Source: Acidimicrobiales bacterium (GTDB lineage: Bacteria > Actinomycetota > Acidimicrobiia > Acidimicrobiales > SHLQ01). From it: DNA of 64,000 nt. The notes below the pieces were generated by a model. That model saw nothing but the letters and a program-made list of their open reading frames with translations, did not search any database and was not told where the DNA came from. Within the stretch, counting starts at the first letter, position 1. Each line of letters opens with the position of its first letter. This document shows positions 19,074 to 29,014 of this stretch, piece by piece. Made by a program: the position numbers and the translations under genes. Location: the NCBI GenBank assembly GCA_020629375.1, contig JAHDDK010000017.1, forward strand, positions 78 to 64,077, given 5' to 3'.

Positions 19074-20060
19074 ATGCCACAACTCTCCGCGCACGACATC
19101 TACTCGACGGTCCATGAGGCACTTGTTGTCCACGGCGCAAACGAGCCTGCTGCGGCCAGTGTTGCCACTGCGGTAGCCGAAGCCGAATCCCGTGGCAACC
19201 GGATCTGCGGGCTCTACTACGTCGAAAGCTATTGCCAACAACTCGTGACGGGCCGGGTCCACGGTGACGTGACTCCAGATGTCTCTCGACCGAAGCCTGG
19301 CATCATCGCGGTCGACGCACGGTTCGGGTTCGCTCAGGTTGCCTTCGACGCAGGGATCGAACCCGCAGTCGCTGCATCCCAAGAGAATGGCACCGCGGTC
19401 TTAGCAATTGGGCACAGCCACACGTGTACGTCGCTCGGCTATTTCACCCGCAGACTCGCCGAACGGGGCGTCATCGCCCTTGGCGCCACGAACTCCACGG
19501 CGCGAGTGGCACCACCCGGCGGCGCAAGTCGGCTGCTCGGAACCAACCCGATGTCATTCGCCGTGCCGGGTGAGGCTGGCAATGTCGCCATGCTCTTCGA
19601 CTGGAGTACGGCAGCGACCGCGCTCGGCACGATCACCATGGCCGCAGCCGCAGACGACCAGCTTCCACCCGGTCTGGCGATCGACCGAGACGGCGTGGAA
19701 ACGACCAACCCTCACGAAGCTCTCGATGGTTCGCTTCTCTCGGCGGCGGGATACAAGGGTTACGGGTTGGGCCTCATGGTCGAAGTGCTGGCAGCTGCCC
19801 TCACGGGGTCGTTGGCGAGCACCGAGATCCCTCCGCTCAAAGCGCCTGAGGGTCCGCACCACGACATCGGGCAAACCTATCTGCTGGTCGATCCTTCCTC
19901 GTTCGACTCCGGCTTCGGATCAATGATTGCGACCCTGACTGCCTCGGTCGAACGAGATCGTGATGCCCGGGTGCCCGGCACGACCGCGCCCAACACGACG
20001 GCGATCGATGTCCCCGACGAGCTCTGGGCAAAGGTCGCTGCGTTGACAACGAGACGCTGA
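19074..20060 (+). CDS. Ldh_2 family (malate/L-lactate/ureidoglycolate dehydrogenase-like) oxidoreductase
   Basis: GHSHTCTSLGYF...LLGTNPMSFAVPG. Confidence 0.8.
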   Translation: MPQLSAHDIYSTVHEALVVHGANEPAAASVATAVAEAESRGNRICGLYYVESYCQQLVTGRVHGDVTPDVSRPKPGIIAVDARFGFAQVAFDAGIEPAVAASQENGTAVLAIGHSHTCTSLGYFTRRLAERGVIALGATNSTARVAPPGGASRLLGTNPMSFAVPGEAGNVAMLFDWSTAATALGTITMAAAADDQLPPGLAIDRDGVETTNPHEALDGSLLSAAGYKGYGLGLMVEVLAAALTGSLASTEIPPLKAPEGPHHDIGQTYLLVDPSSFDSGFGSMIATLTASVERDRDARVPGTTAPNTTAIDVPDELWAKVAALTTRR

Positions 20061-20071
20061 ACCGCTGAACC

Positions 20072-20108
20072 GGGGTCAGACCCTCCCGATACTGGGGGTC
20101 AGACCCCC
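20072..20108. repeat. REP-like palindrome pair (GGGGTCAGACCC, GGGGGTCAGACCCCC)
   Basis: Two copies lie between convergent genes. The second copy contains the stop codon of the Lrp gene. Confidence 0.8.
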
Positions 20109-20563
20109 TTGTCGGCGAGGACAAGATCGGCCACTGATCGTTCGAGCAAGGTGGAGAGCGCGAGCTGCGACTCGGCCCGGCCGACTTCGGGCATCGAGAC
20201 GATCTGCTGCAGCGTGAGATGAAGATGGTCGTTCGACTTGGCGGCCACTCGACAGAGCAAGTCACTCGATCCGGTCACCACGTGGATCGACAGCACCTCG
20301 GGAGTCGCTCGCAGACGTTGCACGAGCGAATCATGCCCACCTTGCAGAATCGAAAGCGTCGTGAAAGCCACGACCGGAAACCCGGCCTGGGCAGGATCGA
20401 GGTCGGGGCCGAACCCCGTGATCACCTCCTGGTCCACCATCCGACGGAGCCGCGTTTGCACGGTGCCCCGTGCGACACCGGCCACCTTGGCGAGTTCGGT
20501 GATGCTCGCCCGCCCATTCCGGCGCAGTGCCAGAAGAATCGACCGGTCTGTCGAATCGATCAT
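20099..20563 (-). CDS. Lrp/AsnC family transcriptional regulator
   Basis: DRSILLALRRNGRASITELAKVAGVARGTV HTH plus an RAM domain. Start taken at MIDSTD. Confidence 0.9.
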   Translation of the reverse strand: MIDSTDRSILLALRRNGRASITELAKVAGVARGTVQTRLRRMVDQEVITGFGPDLDPAQAGFPVVAFTTLSILQGGHDSLVQRLRATPEVLSIHVVTGSSDLLCRVAAKSNDHLHLTLQQIVSMPEVGRAESQLALSTLLERSVADLVLADKGV

Positions 20564-20704
20564 CTGCGAGGCTCTCCCTGAATCGTCACTGCGCGAATCG
20601 CGCAACCTAGTCAGATCTACTGATCATATCGATCAACTGCATTGCACTGAAGTGTCAATTCGCTCACCGTATGTAACAAGCGGCCAGCCGATACGGAGGT
20701 TCCC

Positions 20705-21337
20705 ATGGCATTTCTGAAGCGAGTCGACCACATCACCTACGCGTGTCGAGCAGGTTCAATCGAGAAGTGGGCCTGGTTCCACATCGAGGTCGAGGGCGGC
20801 ACGTTGATCAACCGCATCGACGATGTTCGACCCGACGATCCCAATGACTCGATGAAGATCTGGTGCATCGACTACGGCGAGTTTGGCGTTGCGCTCATCG
20901 AAGGCATCGATCGAGCCAAGGTGTCGCAGGTCTCCGCCTTCGTGGAGCGGCACGGCGATCATTCGGTCCAACACGTCGCCTTCGACACCTACGATCTCGA
21001 GAAGTTCCAGGAACATATGAAGTCGCTCGGAGGCTCACCTCGAGGCGAGACGCTTGTCCGCAACGACGGCTTCGGTGTGCTCAAGCAGATGTTCGCCCGC
21101 GGCTACGAAGAGGGCAGCGCCGACGAGACCAGCTTCCCCGAATACGTTCAGCGCCCCGGCGCGCAATCTGCCGAGGAAGTCGCCATCACCTTCGCAGAAG
21201 AAACGGGTAAGGGCTTCTACGACCAGGTCGCAGACGCCGTCGATTCGGGAGACACCGAGCCCTTCTTCGACTTCTCCCGCATGCCAACCGACTGGGTCGT
21301 TCCCGAAGCCGAGCCACTCGAGGGCTATCGCGCCTGA
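20705..21337 (+). CDS. VOC (glyoxalase/dioxygenase) superfamily protein
   Basis: VDHITYA...HGDHSVQHVAF is a metal-binding style motif. GGAGG lies upstream of the ATG. Confidence 0.55.
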   Translation: MAFLKRVDHITYACRAGSIEKWAWFHIEVEGGTLINRIDDVRPDDPNDSMKIWCIDYGEFGVALIEGIDRAKVSQVSAFVERHGDHSVQHVAFDTYDLEKFQEHMKSLGGSPRGETLVRNDGFGVLKQMFARGYEEGSADETSFPEYVQRPGAQSAEEVAITFAEETGKGFYDQVADAVDSGDTEPFFDFSRMPTDWVVPEAEPLEGYRA

Positions 21338-22764
21338 CAGAGTCCGGCTCTGGCGGACTCCGCGTCGATCCGAGCTACGTTCCATTCGCGCCAACTCGTT
21401 GTCGAATCGGTCTCGCAGAGGTGCGCCACCATGCGTTCGAAGCGCGAGTTCGGAAGCGGGCGAAGCGCGTCGAGGCGCGTCACGATCTCCGGCGTCGCGT
21501 CTTCGGACAGCCACGACAGCGCTCTCACGCTGATGACCCCGTCGACCTCTCGGGGATGTTCGAAGTTGTACTGCGCGATCCGTTGATCCGGGTTCGACAG
21601 CCCCATCGCGAAAACGAATGCCAGCCAGGCGCACAGCAGCGCCCCCGTCATCCACTCGGCGTCCGGACGAATCTCGTGAATCCGAACGAGCACGAGTCCG
21701 AGAACGATGACGAGCAGGAGTCCGAAACCGAACGACCACCATCGCAACGGAGTCTGGAAGTTCCGCTCGACGTACTCGGCGATCCGCTGAAGCGCGATCA
21801 CATCGATGGCCGCAGCCAGCGCGACCACGAAGGTGGCCAAGCGTCGAAACCGTCGTCGTTCGATAAGGCCCTCGAGTGCTACGTGTCGCCGGAGGGTCAG
21901 GATCAGCACGACGGTGAGCGCCGCCACGAAGAGTAATTGGAAGAATCCCGAGCGGACCTCCGAGCGCCACGCGTCTTCGCTCAGCGGTGCACCAAGCCGG
22001 CCGAGTCGCACGGCGACGAAGACGCCGAACAGTGCGGCGACCGCTCCGAGGACGATCGTCGATTCGATGGATCGGAGTCGACGTCTCGCCGTCGAACCTT
22101 CGGTGGAGCGGCCCAGGTGAACCAGCGCGAAGAGCCCGCCGATCGCTGCGGTAGTGGCAAAGCCGAGCGCGATTCGAGGCGCGGGTAGTCGTCCGATGTC
22201 GACGATCGCCGCGAACACCTCATCGGCGGAAGCGAGCAGGCTCCAGAAGATTGTGACGACGACGAGTGCGAGGGTCAGACCCCGAACGATCACGAATGCA
22301 CTGTCCCCCGGCATCGCCGGTTGGACCAACGTCCCGCGGACCCCGCTGGCCCCGCTGGCTGTCGGGTTCCCCCGCCAGGCACGGAGCGTGCGCCCGATCC
22401 GGTAGTCGAACAGGGCTTGGTTGGTCGAGGTCGCGCTCGACGCGAGAACCACGATGGCCACGCAGCTGGCGACGACGCACCAGGCAAGCCAGCGATTGTC
22501 GCGAACCACGAGGAAGGCGCTCAGCACGGCTCCTGCGAGAAGCACGCTGTTCAATGCACCCTGGTTCTTCTGCCCGGTATGACGGAGGGCCGCGCCGGTT
22601 GCCCCCAGCACTCCGACGATCGCCACAGCCAACCCGAGGCTCGGAACCCACGTTGCCGAAACGGCGACAACCGTGCCCACGAGGACGCTCAGCCAGCGAC
22701 TCGTCACCGAGGTGCTGGGGCCGTCTGCGGCCACTGGCGACTCGGGAGCGTCTACCGACGTCAT
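21325..22764 (-). CDS. polytopic membrane protein (DUF4153/DUF4173-like)
   Basis: 479 aa with more than 10 hydrophobic helices. It is a paralogue of the upstream gene, with a similar C-terminal soluble tail. Confidence 0.55.
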   Translation of the reverse strand: MTSVDAPESPVAADGPSTSVTSRWLSVLVGTVVAVSATWVPSLGLAVAIVGVLGATGAALRHTGQKNQGALNSVLLAGAVLSAFLVVRDNRWLAWCVVASCVAIVVLASSATSTNQALFDYRIGRTLRAWRGNPTASGASGVRGTLVQPAMPGDSAFVIVRGLTLALVVVTIFWSLLASADEVFAAIVDIGRLPAPRIALGFATTAAIGGLFALVHLGRSTEGSTARRRLRSIESTIVLGAVAALFGVFVAVRLGRLGAPLSEDAWRSEVRSGFFQLLFVAALTVVLILTLRRHVALEGLIERRRFRRLATFVVALAAAIDVIALQRIAEYVERNFQTPLRWWSFGFGLLLVIVLGLVLVRIHEIRPDAEWMTGALLCAWLAFVFAMGLSNPDQRIAQYNFEHPREVDGVISVRALSWLSEDATPEIVTRLDALRPLPNSRFERMVAHLCETDSTTSWREWNVARIDAESARAGLCQAR

Positions 22765-22767
22765 GGA

Positions 22768-24330
22768 TCAGTCGCTGCTTGACGAGGTTCGGCGCGGGGT
22801 CGGGCACAGTTCGTCGAGCTCCGACTCGGCCTGGCGGTCAGCCAGGTTCCAGCCCAGCGGGCCGTAGCGAAGCTCGTCGACCGGCTCGTCACAGAGCGCA
22901 CGAAGCATCGCTCCTCGGTGGCCGGCACTCAGGTCGACGAATGCGTCGGCGATCGCGGGTACCGCATCGTTCGACAAACGGGCGACGGTGATGGCATCGA
23001 ACTCGGCCCCCGCATTCGAGAGGTTGTACCGAGCGACCGTCGCGTCGGGATTCATGACGTTCATCGAGAATACGAAGACCGCAGCCGACACCAGGGTGAA
23101 GCCGGGAAACCACGACCGACCCTCAGCGAAGCCGGCGATTGCGACCGCGTACGCCACGATGACGACGATCACCCAGCCGACCCCGGCGATCGACCAGAGC
23201 CTCAGCGGCGTGAGGTCGAAGGATCCCACGTACAGCAGCAATCGCTGAAGAGCCACTGCCGCTATCGCGAGGGTCAGACCCAAGACGATGATGGCAATCG
23301 GACGGAACCGGCAGCGTTCGCCCTCGGCGAGTGGGCGACGAAGTCCTCGTACGGCGCCGACGACCGCGAGGCTGAGCGCAGCAACCCAGACCAGCTGAAA
23401 GAACCCACGTCGGGCATGCTGCGCCTGAGTGAGCCCTTCTGTTTCGAGCACGTGGTCGACGCCGCCCACCGCAACCGCGATCTGGGTGGCGACGAAGCCC
23501 GCAAAGAGGACGGCGAGGCTTCCGAGCACGATCGTGACCTCGACCGGGGCGAAGCCCGAGGGTTTGATGCGCATCTCCTGCGGAGCGGTTTCGTGGGCAG
23601 CGCGGGACAGCAAGCCGAGCAGGGCAACGGCGACGAGGGCCGACAACAGCACGTGTCCGATCATCGATGGCAGGTTGTCGAGAAGCAGCAGGCTGGCGAA
23701 CACGTCGTCGGCGGAGGCGAGAAGTGCACCAAAGACGAACACGACCGGCACCGCGACCAACAGGCCACGGAGAATCGCTGTGCCCTGCCCTCGCTGGGCT
23801 GCCGTTCGAACAAACCGTTGAACCATGTCGATGCCGTACGTCCACTCCACCACCTGCGACCCGGCGTGCGCCACGAAGGCAACAAACGGGAGATCGAAGA
23901 GTCGTCCGCGCTGGGAAAGCCCGACGGCGACGGTCCCCAGAAGCACGATCGCCATCGCCGTCGCTGCAGTCAGTGACCCGGACGATCGGATCGCCAGCCA
24001 TGGCGCAAGGGCAAGCGCGGCGAGCACAAGGACTTTCGACGATCCGGTTTTCAGTCGCCCCGATCCCCACAACCCGCCGGCAAAGACCGCGACACCCAGT
24101 GTGCTGGCCAAGCCGATGACCCCGACCCGAAGGCCGATGTTCAGCAGGAACCCCGCAACGACGACAGCGAGCAGCTCTTTCCAGCCAAGGTCCGGCTTCT
24201 CCGATCGAGCGAATGGGTTAGGTGGGGGCGTAGGCTTCAGGGAGGTGTTCGGCCCCGCAACGCGAACATGGGTTGCGTCGGCCGCCGGGTGTTCCGGGAC
24301 CGGCGGTGGTGGTTGATCAGAGATCGACAT
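22768..24330 (-). CDS. polytopic membrane protein (DUF4153/DUF4173-like), tandem paralogue
   Basis: Start taken at MSISDQ. It has the same helix pattern and C-terminal tail (ARYNLSN...L..LC) as 21325..22764. Confidence 0.55.
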   Translation of the reverse strand: MSISDQPPPPVPEHPAADATHVRVAGPNTSLKPTPPPNPFARSEKPDLGWKELLAVVVAGFLLNIGLRVGVIGLASTLGVAVFAGGLWGSGRLKTGSSKVLVLAALALAPWLAIRSSGSLTAATAMAIVLLGTVAVGLSQRGRLFDLPFVAFVAHAGSQVVEWTYGIDMVQRFVRTAAQRGQGTAILRGLLVAVPVVFVFGALLASADDVFASLLLLDNLPSMIGHVLLSALVAVALLGLLSRAAHETAPQEMRIKPSGFAPVEVTIVLGSLAVLFAGFVATQIAVAVGGVDHVLETEGLTQAQHARRGFFQLVWVAALSLAVVGAVRGLRRPLAEGERCRFRPIAIIVLGLTLAIAAVALQRLLLYVGSFDLTPLRLWSIAGVGWVIVVIVAYAVAIAGFAEGRSWFPGFTLVSAAVFVFSMNVMNPDATVARYNLSNAGAEFDAITVARLSNDAVPAIADAFVDLSAGHRGAMLRALCDEPVDELRYGPLGWNLADRQAESELDELCPTPRRTSSSSD

Positions 24331-24494
24331 GGGTGACCGCACCTCTTCGGCTTGGATGATGAGTTCAGAACGCCGTCCGGTGGGGGAACGCCCACCAACC
24401 ACCACTCAACGTAGTGAAAGGGAGGGTAAAGGTGTGGTGAAAGTGCGATTGCGGTCTTGTGACGGACGTGCGATCCGCAGGAGATCTGGTCGAC

Positions 24495-25700
24495 TCAGAA
24501 GCTGCCGAGACGCTCGACGAGTTCATCGAGACGGTCGAGCTCGGCATTGGCGAAACTCATCCGGATCATCGAGCGATCCTGCGGTGTGAACGCCGTGCCG
24601 GGGATTGCCAACACGCCCTGCTCCAGGATCAGACGCTCGACGACTTCGACTGTCGGTACGTCGTGGCGATGCTCGACCCAGCCGTAGTATGCGCCCGCGG
24701 AGTGCAGCACGAAGCCACCGGGTTCGGCAGCCATGACCGACTCGAACCGACCTTGCTTGGCAGCGATGGCAGCCACCTTGTCGGCACGCCATTCGAGCGC
24801 CTCGGTGAGCCCGGCGTGGACCGCTTCTTGGCCGAGCCTTGGCGCGCAAATCGACACGCAGTCGATGAGCTTGGCCGCCTGGGTGAGCAGCTCTGGCGAC
24901 GCAACGATCGCGCCGACACGATGCCCGGGAATGGCGAAGTCCTTCGAGAAGGAGTGGAGGCTGACCACGGTTTCTCGCCAAACCTCGTGATCGAAGAGCC
25001 CATGCGGGCGACCACCCGGGACAAACGAGCGGTAGGTCTCGTCGACGATCAGGACGACACCGTGAAGGCGAGCCAGATCGGCGTAGGCCGACAGCGTCGT
25101 CTCGTCGATGATGTGCCCGGTTGGGTTGCCGGGCGTAACGACCACGATTGCGCGCGTGCGAGGCCCAATCGCGGCAGCCACCTCATCGACTGTCGCCTCG
25201 ATGCCGTCGGCCGGATCGACGATCGTTGCGCCAACCGAGTCGAGCCCGAGCCACATGTGATGGTTGAAGTACCAGGGAGCGATCAGAACGATGTCGTCGC
25301 CGGGTTCAGCGAGCGCAGAGGTCACCATGCAGAACGCCTGATTGCATCCCGACGTGAGGCAAATGTCCTCGGTGTTCACATCCGGAGTCGCGTCCGTGTC
25401 GGCAGCTCGATATGCCTCTCGGAGCTCGTCAGCGAAGGCCTCCCGGACGTGCGGCAACCCGAGCAGGGGCGCATACCGGCCACCATCGGGGTGGGTGGCG
25501 ACTTCGGCGATCCGAGCAGCGATGTTGGGCGCAGTCGGAAAGCCCGGTGCCCCTTGAGACAGATCGATCAGGGGACGATCGGCTGGTACCTGTTCGAGGA
25601 GGTGCGCATGGGCGCCGATGGGCGAGTCGATCTGGCGTTTGGTGCGTTCGGTCAGGCGCATGTGATCAGCATCCCATGGACGCGATTCGGGCGTCATCAA
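24495..25700 (-). CDS. class I/II PLP-dependent aminotransferase
   Basis: SFSKDFAIPGHRVG PLP-lysine motif. The start could instead be the internal Met at 25661. Confidence 0.85.
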   Translation of the reverse strand: MMTPESRPWDADHMRLTERTKRQIDSPIGAHAHLLEQVPADRPLIDLSQGAPGFPTAPNIAARIAEVATHPDGGRYAPLLGLPHVREAFADELREAYRAADTDATPDVNTEDICLTSGCNQAFCMVTSALAEPGDDIVLIAPWYFNHHMWLGLDSVGATIVDPADGIEATVDEVAAAIGPRTRAIVVVTPGNPTGHIIDETTLSAYADLARLHGVVLIVDETYRSFVPGGRPHGLFDHEVWRETVVSLHSFSKDFAIPGHRVGAIVASPELLTQAAKLIDCVSICAPRLGQEAVHAGLTEALEWRADKVAAIAAKQGRFESVMAAEPGGFVLHSAGAYYGWVEHRHDVPTVEVVERLILEQGVLAIPGTAFTPQDRSMIRMSFANAELDRLDELVERLGSF

Positions 25701-26754
25701 ACGTGAAACCAGCTCCAGGGCGATCAGGGATTGCGAGGTGCCCGTGTTGGGTCAACTCGAGTTCTTCCACGAAGAGCGGCGCGAACCAGTCCATGTGCTC
25801 AACCGACACGCATCCGGGCACGGCTCCGGCGAGGGCCAACGAGTGCTCGGTGAAGATGTGGGTCGAGATGGCGATGTCGTGCGTTGCCGCGTACGCCGCA
25901 GCAACACGGAACTCGCTGTATCCGCCCATGCGCTGCAGGTCGGGCATCAACAGGTCGGCGGCTCGGGCCTCGACGAGGTCGCGGATGCCGTAGCGCGTGT
26001 ACTCGGTCTCCCCGGTTGCGATCGGCACATCGAGCGCCGCTCGGACATCAGCGCTGCCGACACGGTCGTGGGTGACGACCGGTTCTTCGAACCACACGAG
26101 GTCGAACGGTTCGAGGAGGCGGCCGAGTCGGATCGCCGTCTTGGGATCGAACTTCTGATTGGCGTCAGCATGGAGCGCGATGTCTGGACCGATGGCCTCA
26201 CGGACCGCTTGGACACGGGCCACATCATCCACGGGCTTCGGGCTACCGAGGCGAATCTTCATCGCCCGAAAACCCCGATCGACAAACGACTGGGCCTCCT
26301 CGACCAGTTCATCGATCGACTGCGTGAGCCAGAGACCCGAGCTCGCATAGGTCGGAATGGTGACCCGGCAGGACCCCCACAGCCGGTGCAGCGGCATGTC
26401 GAGGTTCTTCCCGACCGCATCCCAGCACGCGACATCGAGCGCCGACATCGCCCCGATCGTCACGCCTTTGTGGCCCGTCGGGTTCAGCGCCGACCACGCA
26501 GCTGCCCACATCCCTGACGTTTCGGTTGCGCCCCGACCGACGACGTGTGCGTCGGCCAAGCCACGAACCATCGCCTCGAATGCGTCGATGCGTTCACCGT
26601 TGATCGTGAAGCAGTAGCCCTGCCCGACCGCGCCGTCGGACGTCCGCACGTCGACGAGAACGCAACCGACCGACGTAATGGAGTGGATGGCTGTTCCGAT
26701 CGGCGTCGGGAGCGACACATCCACCACCCGGGTGTCGACGCGCTCGATGTGCAT
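25666..26754 (-). CDS. enolase-superfamily enzyme (mandelate racemase/muconate lactonizing family)
   Basis: MKIRLG, HADANQKF, WFEEP and GETE metal-ligand motifs. The track ORF 25666..27828 was trimmed to ATG 26752-26754. Confidence 0.85.
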   Translation of the reverse strand: MHIERVDTRVVDVSLPTPIGTAIHSITSVGCVLVDVRTSDGAVGQGYCFTINGERIDAFEAMVRGLADAHVVGRGATETSGMWAAAWSALNPTGHKGVTIGAMSALDVACWDAVGKNLDMPLHRLWGSCRVTIPTYASSGLWLTQSIDELVEEAQSFVDRGFRAMKIRLGSPKPVDDVARVQAVREAIGPDIALHADANQKFDPKTAIRLGRLLEPFDLVWFEEPVVTHDRVGSADVRAALDVPIATGETEYTRYGIRDLVEARAADLLMPDLQRMGGYSEFRVAAAYAATHDIAISTHIFTEHSLALAGAVPGCVSVEHMDWFAPLFVEELELTQHGHLAIPDRPGAGFTFDDARIASMGC

Positions 26755-26759
26755 CCGCG

Positions 26760-27539
26760 CTAGCTCCGGTAGCTCGGGTCGAGTTGGTCGAGCAACCGAA
26801 GCAGAGCCGGCCACTCGTACTTGCCTAGCGGAAAGTGGTCGTACTGTCGCTTCGAGAGTTCCCAGATCTCCTTCGGTCCAGCGTCCAGCTCGAGCCCGGT
26901 CGCATGGGCTTGAAGAAATGCACGGCAGCCGCGGACGAAGTAGTGCATCACCATGAACGCCTCGCCGGGCGTCTCGCCCACGGTCAGGAATCCATGGTTG
27001 CGCATGATGAGCACGCGATTTCCCTCCATGTTCTGCGCCAGGCGGGTCCGCTCGTCGAGCGTGAGCGACAGGCCCTCCCAGTCGTGGTAGCCGATCTCGC
27101 CGTAGAGCATCGCTGTGTCTTGAACGAGATGATCGAAGCCCCCTTTGATCGACGTGATGGCCAACGCCTCGGGGACGTGGGCGTGGAACACGACCTTGTG
27201 TTGCGGGAAGTCGTTGTGGATCGCTGAGTGGATCACGAATCCGGCCGTGTTGACGTCGGCGGGACCTTCGAGGACGTTGCCCTCGGCGTCGACCTTGATG
27301 ATGTTCGAGGCCGTGACCTCGTTGTAGAGCAGGCCGAACTTGTTGAGGAAGAAGTCGTGGTCGCTCCCTGGGACACGCATCGTGATGTGGTTCCAGATCG
27401 TGTCGTCGTACCCGAAATGTGCAGCGAGGCGATACATCGCGGCGAGATCGACTCGGGCCTGCCATTCGGCGCCCGTGAAGCTGCCACTGTTGGTTGCCGT
27501 GAAGTCGTCGGCGGTGACCTCGTCGAGGGTGTCGCTCAT
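26760..27539 (-). CDS. class II aldolase/adducin family protein
   Basis: FVIHSAIH...VFHAHV and RNHGFLTVG motifs. Trimmed from track ORF 26760..27947. Confidence 0.85.
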   Translation of the reverse strand: MSDTLDEVTADDFTATNSGSFTGAEWQARVDLAAMYRLAAHFGYDDTIWNHITMRVPGSDHDFFLNKFGLLYNEVTASNIIKVDAEGNVLEGPADVNTAGFVIHSAIHNDFPQHKVVFHAHVPEALAITSIKGGFDHLVQDTAMLYGEIGYHDWEGLSLTLDERTRLAQNMEGNRVLIMRNHGFLTVGETPGEAFMVMHYFVRGCRAFLQAHATGLELDAGPKEIWELSKRQYDHFPLGKYEWPALLRLLDQLDPSYRS

Positions 27540-28483
27540 GTCTGGTCCTTTGGGTTCGGGTTGGCGTCGACGGGCGCCGGGGCGTCGCCCACGGTGTGCA
27601 GTAGAAGGTCGTTGTGGCGTTCGAGGAGCTGCGCTGCGAGGCAGTGGGCAGCGGTAGAGCCGAACTCGGCTTCGGCCCGAGCGTAGAGCTCCTCGACCGC
27701 CTCGGTGAACGGGAGATCGATGCCGAGGTCCTCGGCGAGTTGCGTGGCGAGCCGCATGTCCTTGGCTGCGTGGCTGAGCGGAAACGAGGCGTCGTATGTG
27801 CCGGCCAGGATTTCGGGCCCGTACACATCGGCGGCGTAGCTGCGCCCAGCAGAGTGCTGGATCATCTCGAGCATCGCCTGGGGTCTGACCCCACCCTTCA
27901 CGCCCAACAGCATCGCTTCGATCAACGTGATCGTCTGCGTGTAGCAAAGCGTGACTTGGGCGATCTTCGCCACGACGCCCGCACCAGGCGGTCCGACATG
28001 GGTGACTCGCTCCCCGATCACGTCGAGTAGGGGTCTGACCCCATCGAACTCATGCTCTTCAGCGCCGACGAAGATCGCCAACGTTCCGGCCTGCGCACCT
28101 TCGGGTCCGCCGGATACCGGCGCATCGAGAACAGTGACACCGCAGTTGGCGCCTTCTTTCCGGATCGCCGAAGCCGTGACCGCGTCATTCGTCGACAGTT
28201 CGATCCACGTTGAGCCGGCTGCCATCACGCCGAGGAGGCCCGACCCTCGCGAATCGCCAAATGCGAGCTCTCGGATCTGTGGAGGCCCAGGCACCGACGT
28301 GAAAACCACGTCGGTGCCCTGCGCCGCTGCTTCTGCGTTGTCCGCAGCCGTTGCGCCGGATTCGACGACACGACGTAGACGTTCCGAATCGAGGTCCGAA
28401 ACAACGAGGTCGTGGCCCGCGTCGATCAGGCGCCGTGCTGCGCCACCTCCGATGTTGCCGAGACCAATGAACCCGATTCGCAT
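27536..28483 (-). CDS. NAD(P)-dependent oxidoreductase (3-hydroxyisobutyrate dehydrogenase family)
   Basis: MRIGFIGLGNIGG Rossmann start. Its stop overlaps the aldolase start by 4 bp. Confidence 0.85.
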   Translation of the reverse strand: MRIGFIGLGNIGGGAARRLIDAGHDLVVSDLDSERLRRVVESGATAADNAEAAAQGTDVVFTSVPGPPQIRELAFGDSRGSGLLGVMAAGSTWIELSTNDAVTASAIRKEGANCGVTVLDAPVSGGPEGAQAGTLAIFVGAEEHEFDGVRPLLDVIGERVTHVGPPGAGVVAKIAQVTLCYTQTITLIEAMLLGVKGGVRPQAMLEMIQHSAGRSYAADVYGPEILAGTYDASFPLSHAAKDMRLATQLAEDLGIDLPFTEAVEELYARAEAEFGSTAAHCLAAQLLERHNDLLLHTVGDAPAPVDANPNPKDQT

Positions 28484-28514
28484 GCGACGGTCTCCCCTCG
28501 GCGGCTCCGGTGGT

Positions 28515-28883
28515 TCAGGGTGCCGATGCTGGCGACGGTACCAACACCGCATCAACAAGATCCTGTTGGGCGTTCGCAAGGATCTTCGCCGTTTCCTTCG
28601 TGCGCGACGGCTTCGTCGCACGCTGGGCGATCACTTCGACGAACGAACGAGTCACTCCGCCGACCTTGGCGTACCGACGTCGAACGCCGCCACGCACGAT
28701 CACTTCATCGCCTTCACCAATCCGCTGGATGACCGCGGAGGGGTCGACCCAACGGACAGGCACCGACCACTTCCCATCAGGCGTATCGGTCGTAACTTCC
28801 CAGTTGAGAAGCACCGTTCCAGACGGCAGCACCGTCTCTCGGGGCTCGCTCGACAACGTTCCCCTGATCACCACGAGATTCAT
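28515..28883 (-). CDS. small OB-fold single-stranded DNA-binding-like protein
   Basis: MNLVVIRGTLSSEPRETVLPSGTVLLNWEVTT is an SSB-like N-terminus. 122 aa with no acidic C-terminal tail. GGAAAGG lies upstream of the ATG. Confidence 0.5.
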   Translation of the reverse strand: MNLVVIRGTLSSEPRETVLPSGTVLLNWEVTTDTPDGKWSVPVRWVDPSAVIQRIGEGDEVIVRGGVRRRYAKVGGVTRSFVEVIAQRATKPSRTKETAKILANAQQDLVDAVLVPSPASAP

Positions 28884-29014
28884 CTCGGGACCTTTCCAAT
28901 GCCGTAATCGGCACATGATGTGACTCGGGGGAAGCTGAGACAAACACTACGAAGCGCCTCTGACAGTCCGTCTGAACACAACCCAGCCCACGCACAGCCG
29001 ACTGCGCAGACTTC

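Noticed and set aside
26755-27947. Long upstream extensions of ORFs 25666..27828 (720 aa) and 26760..27947 (395 aa)
   Set aside because: The extensions are low-complexity Arg/Pro-rich and overlap the real aldolase and dehydrogenase genes. Conserved family N-termini start at internal ATGs 26754 and 27539.
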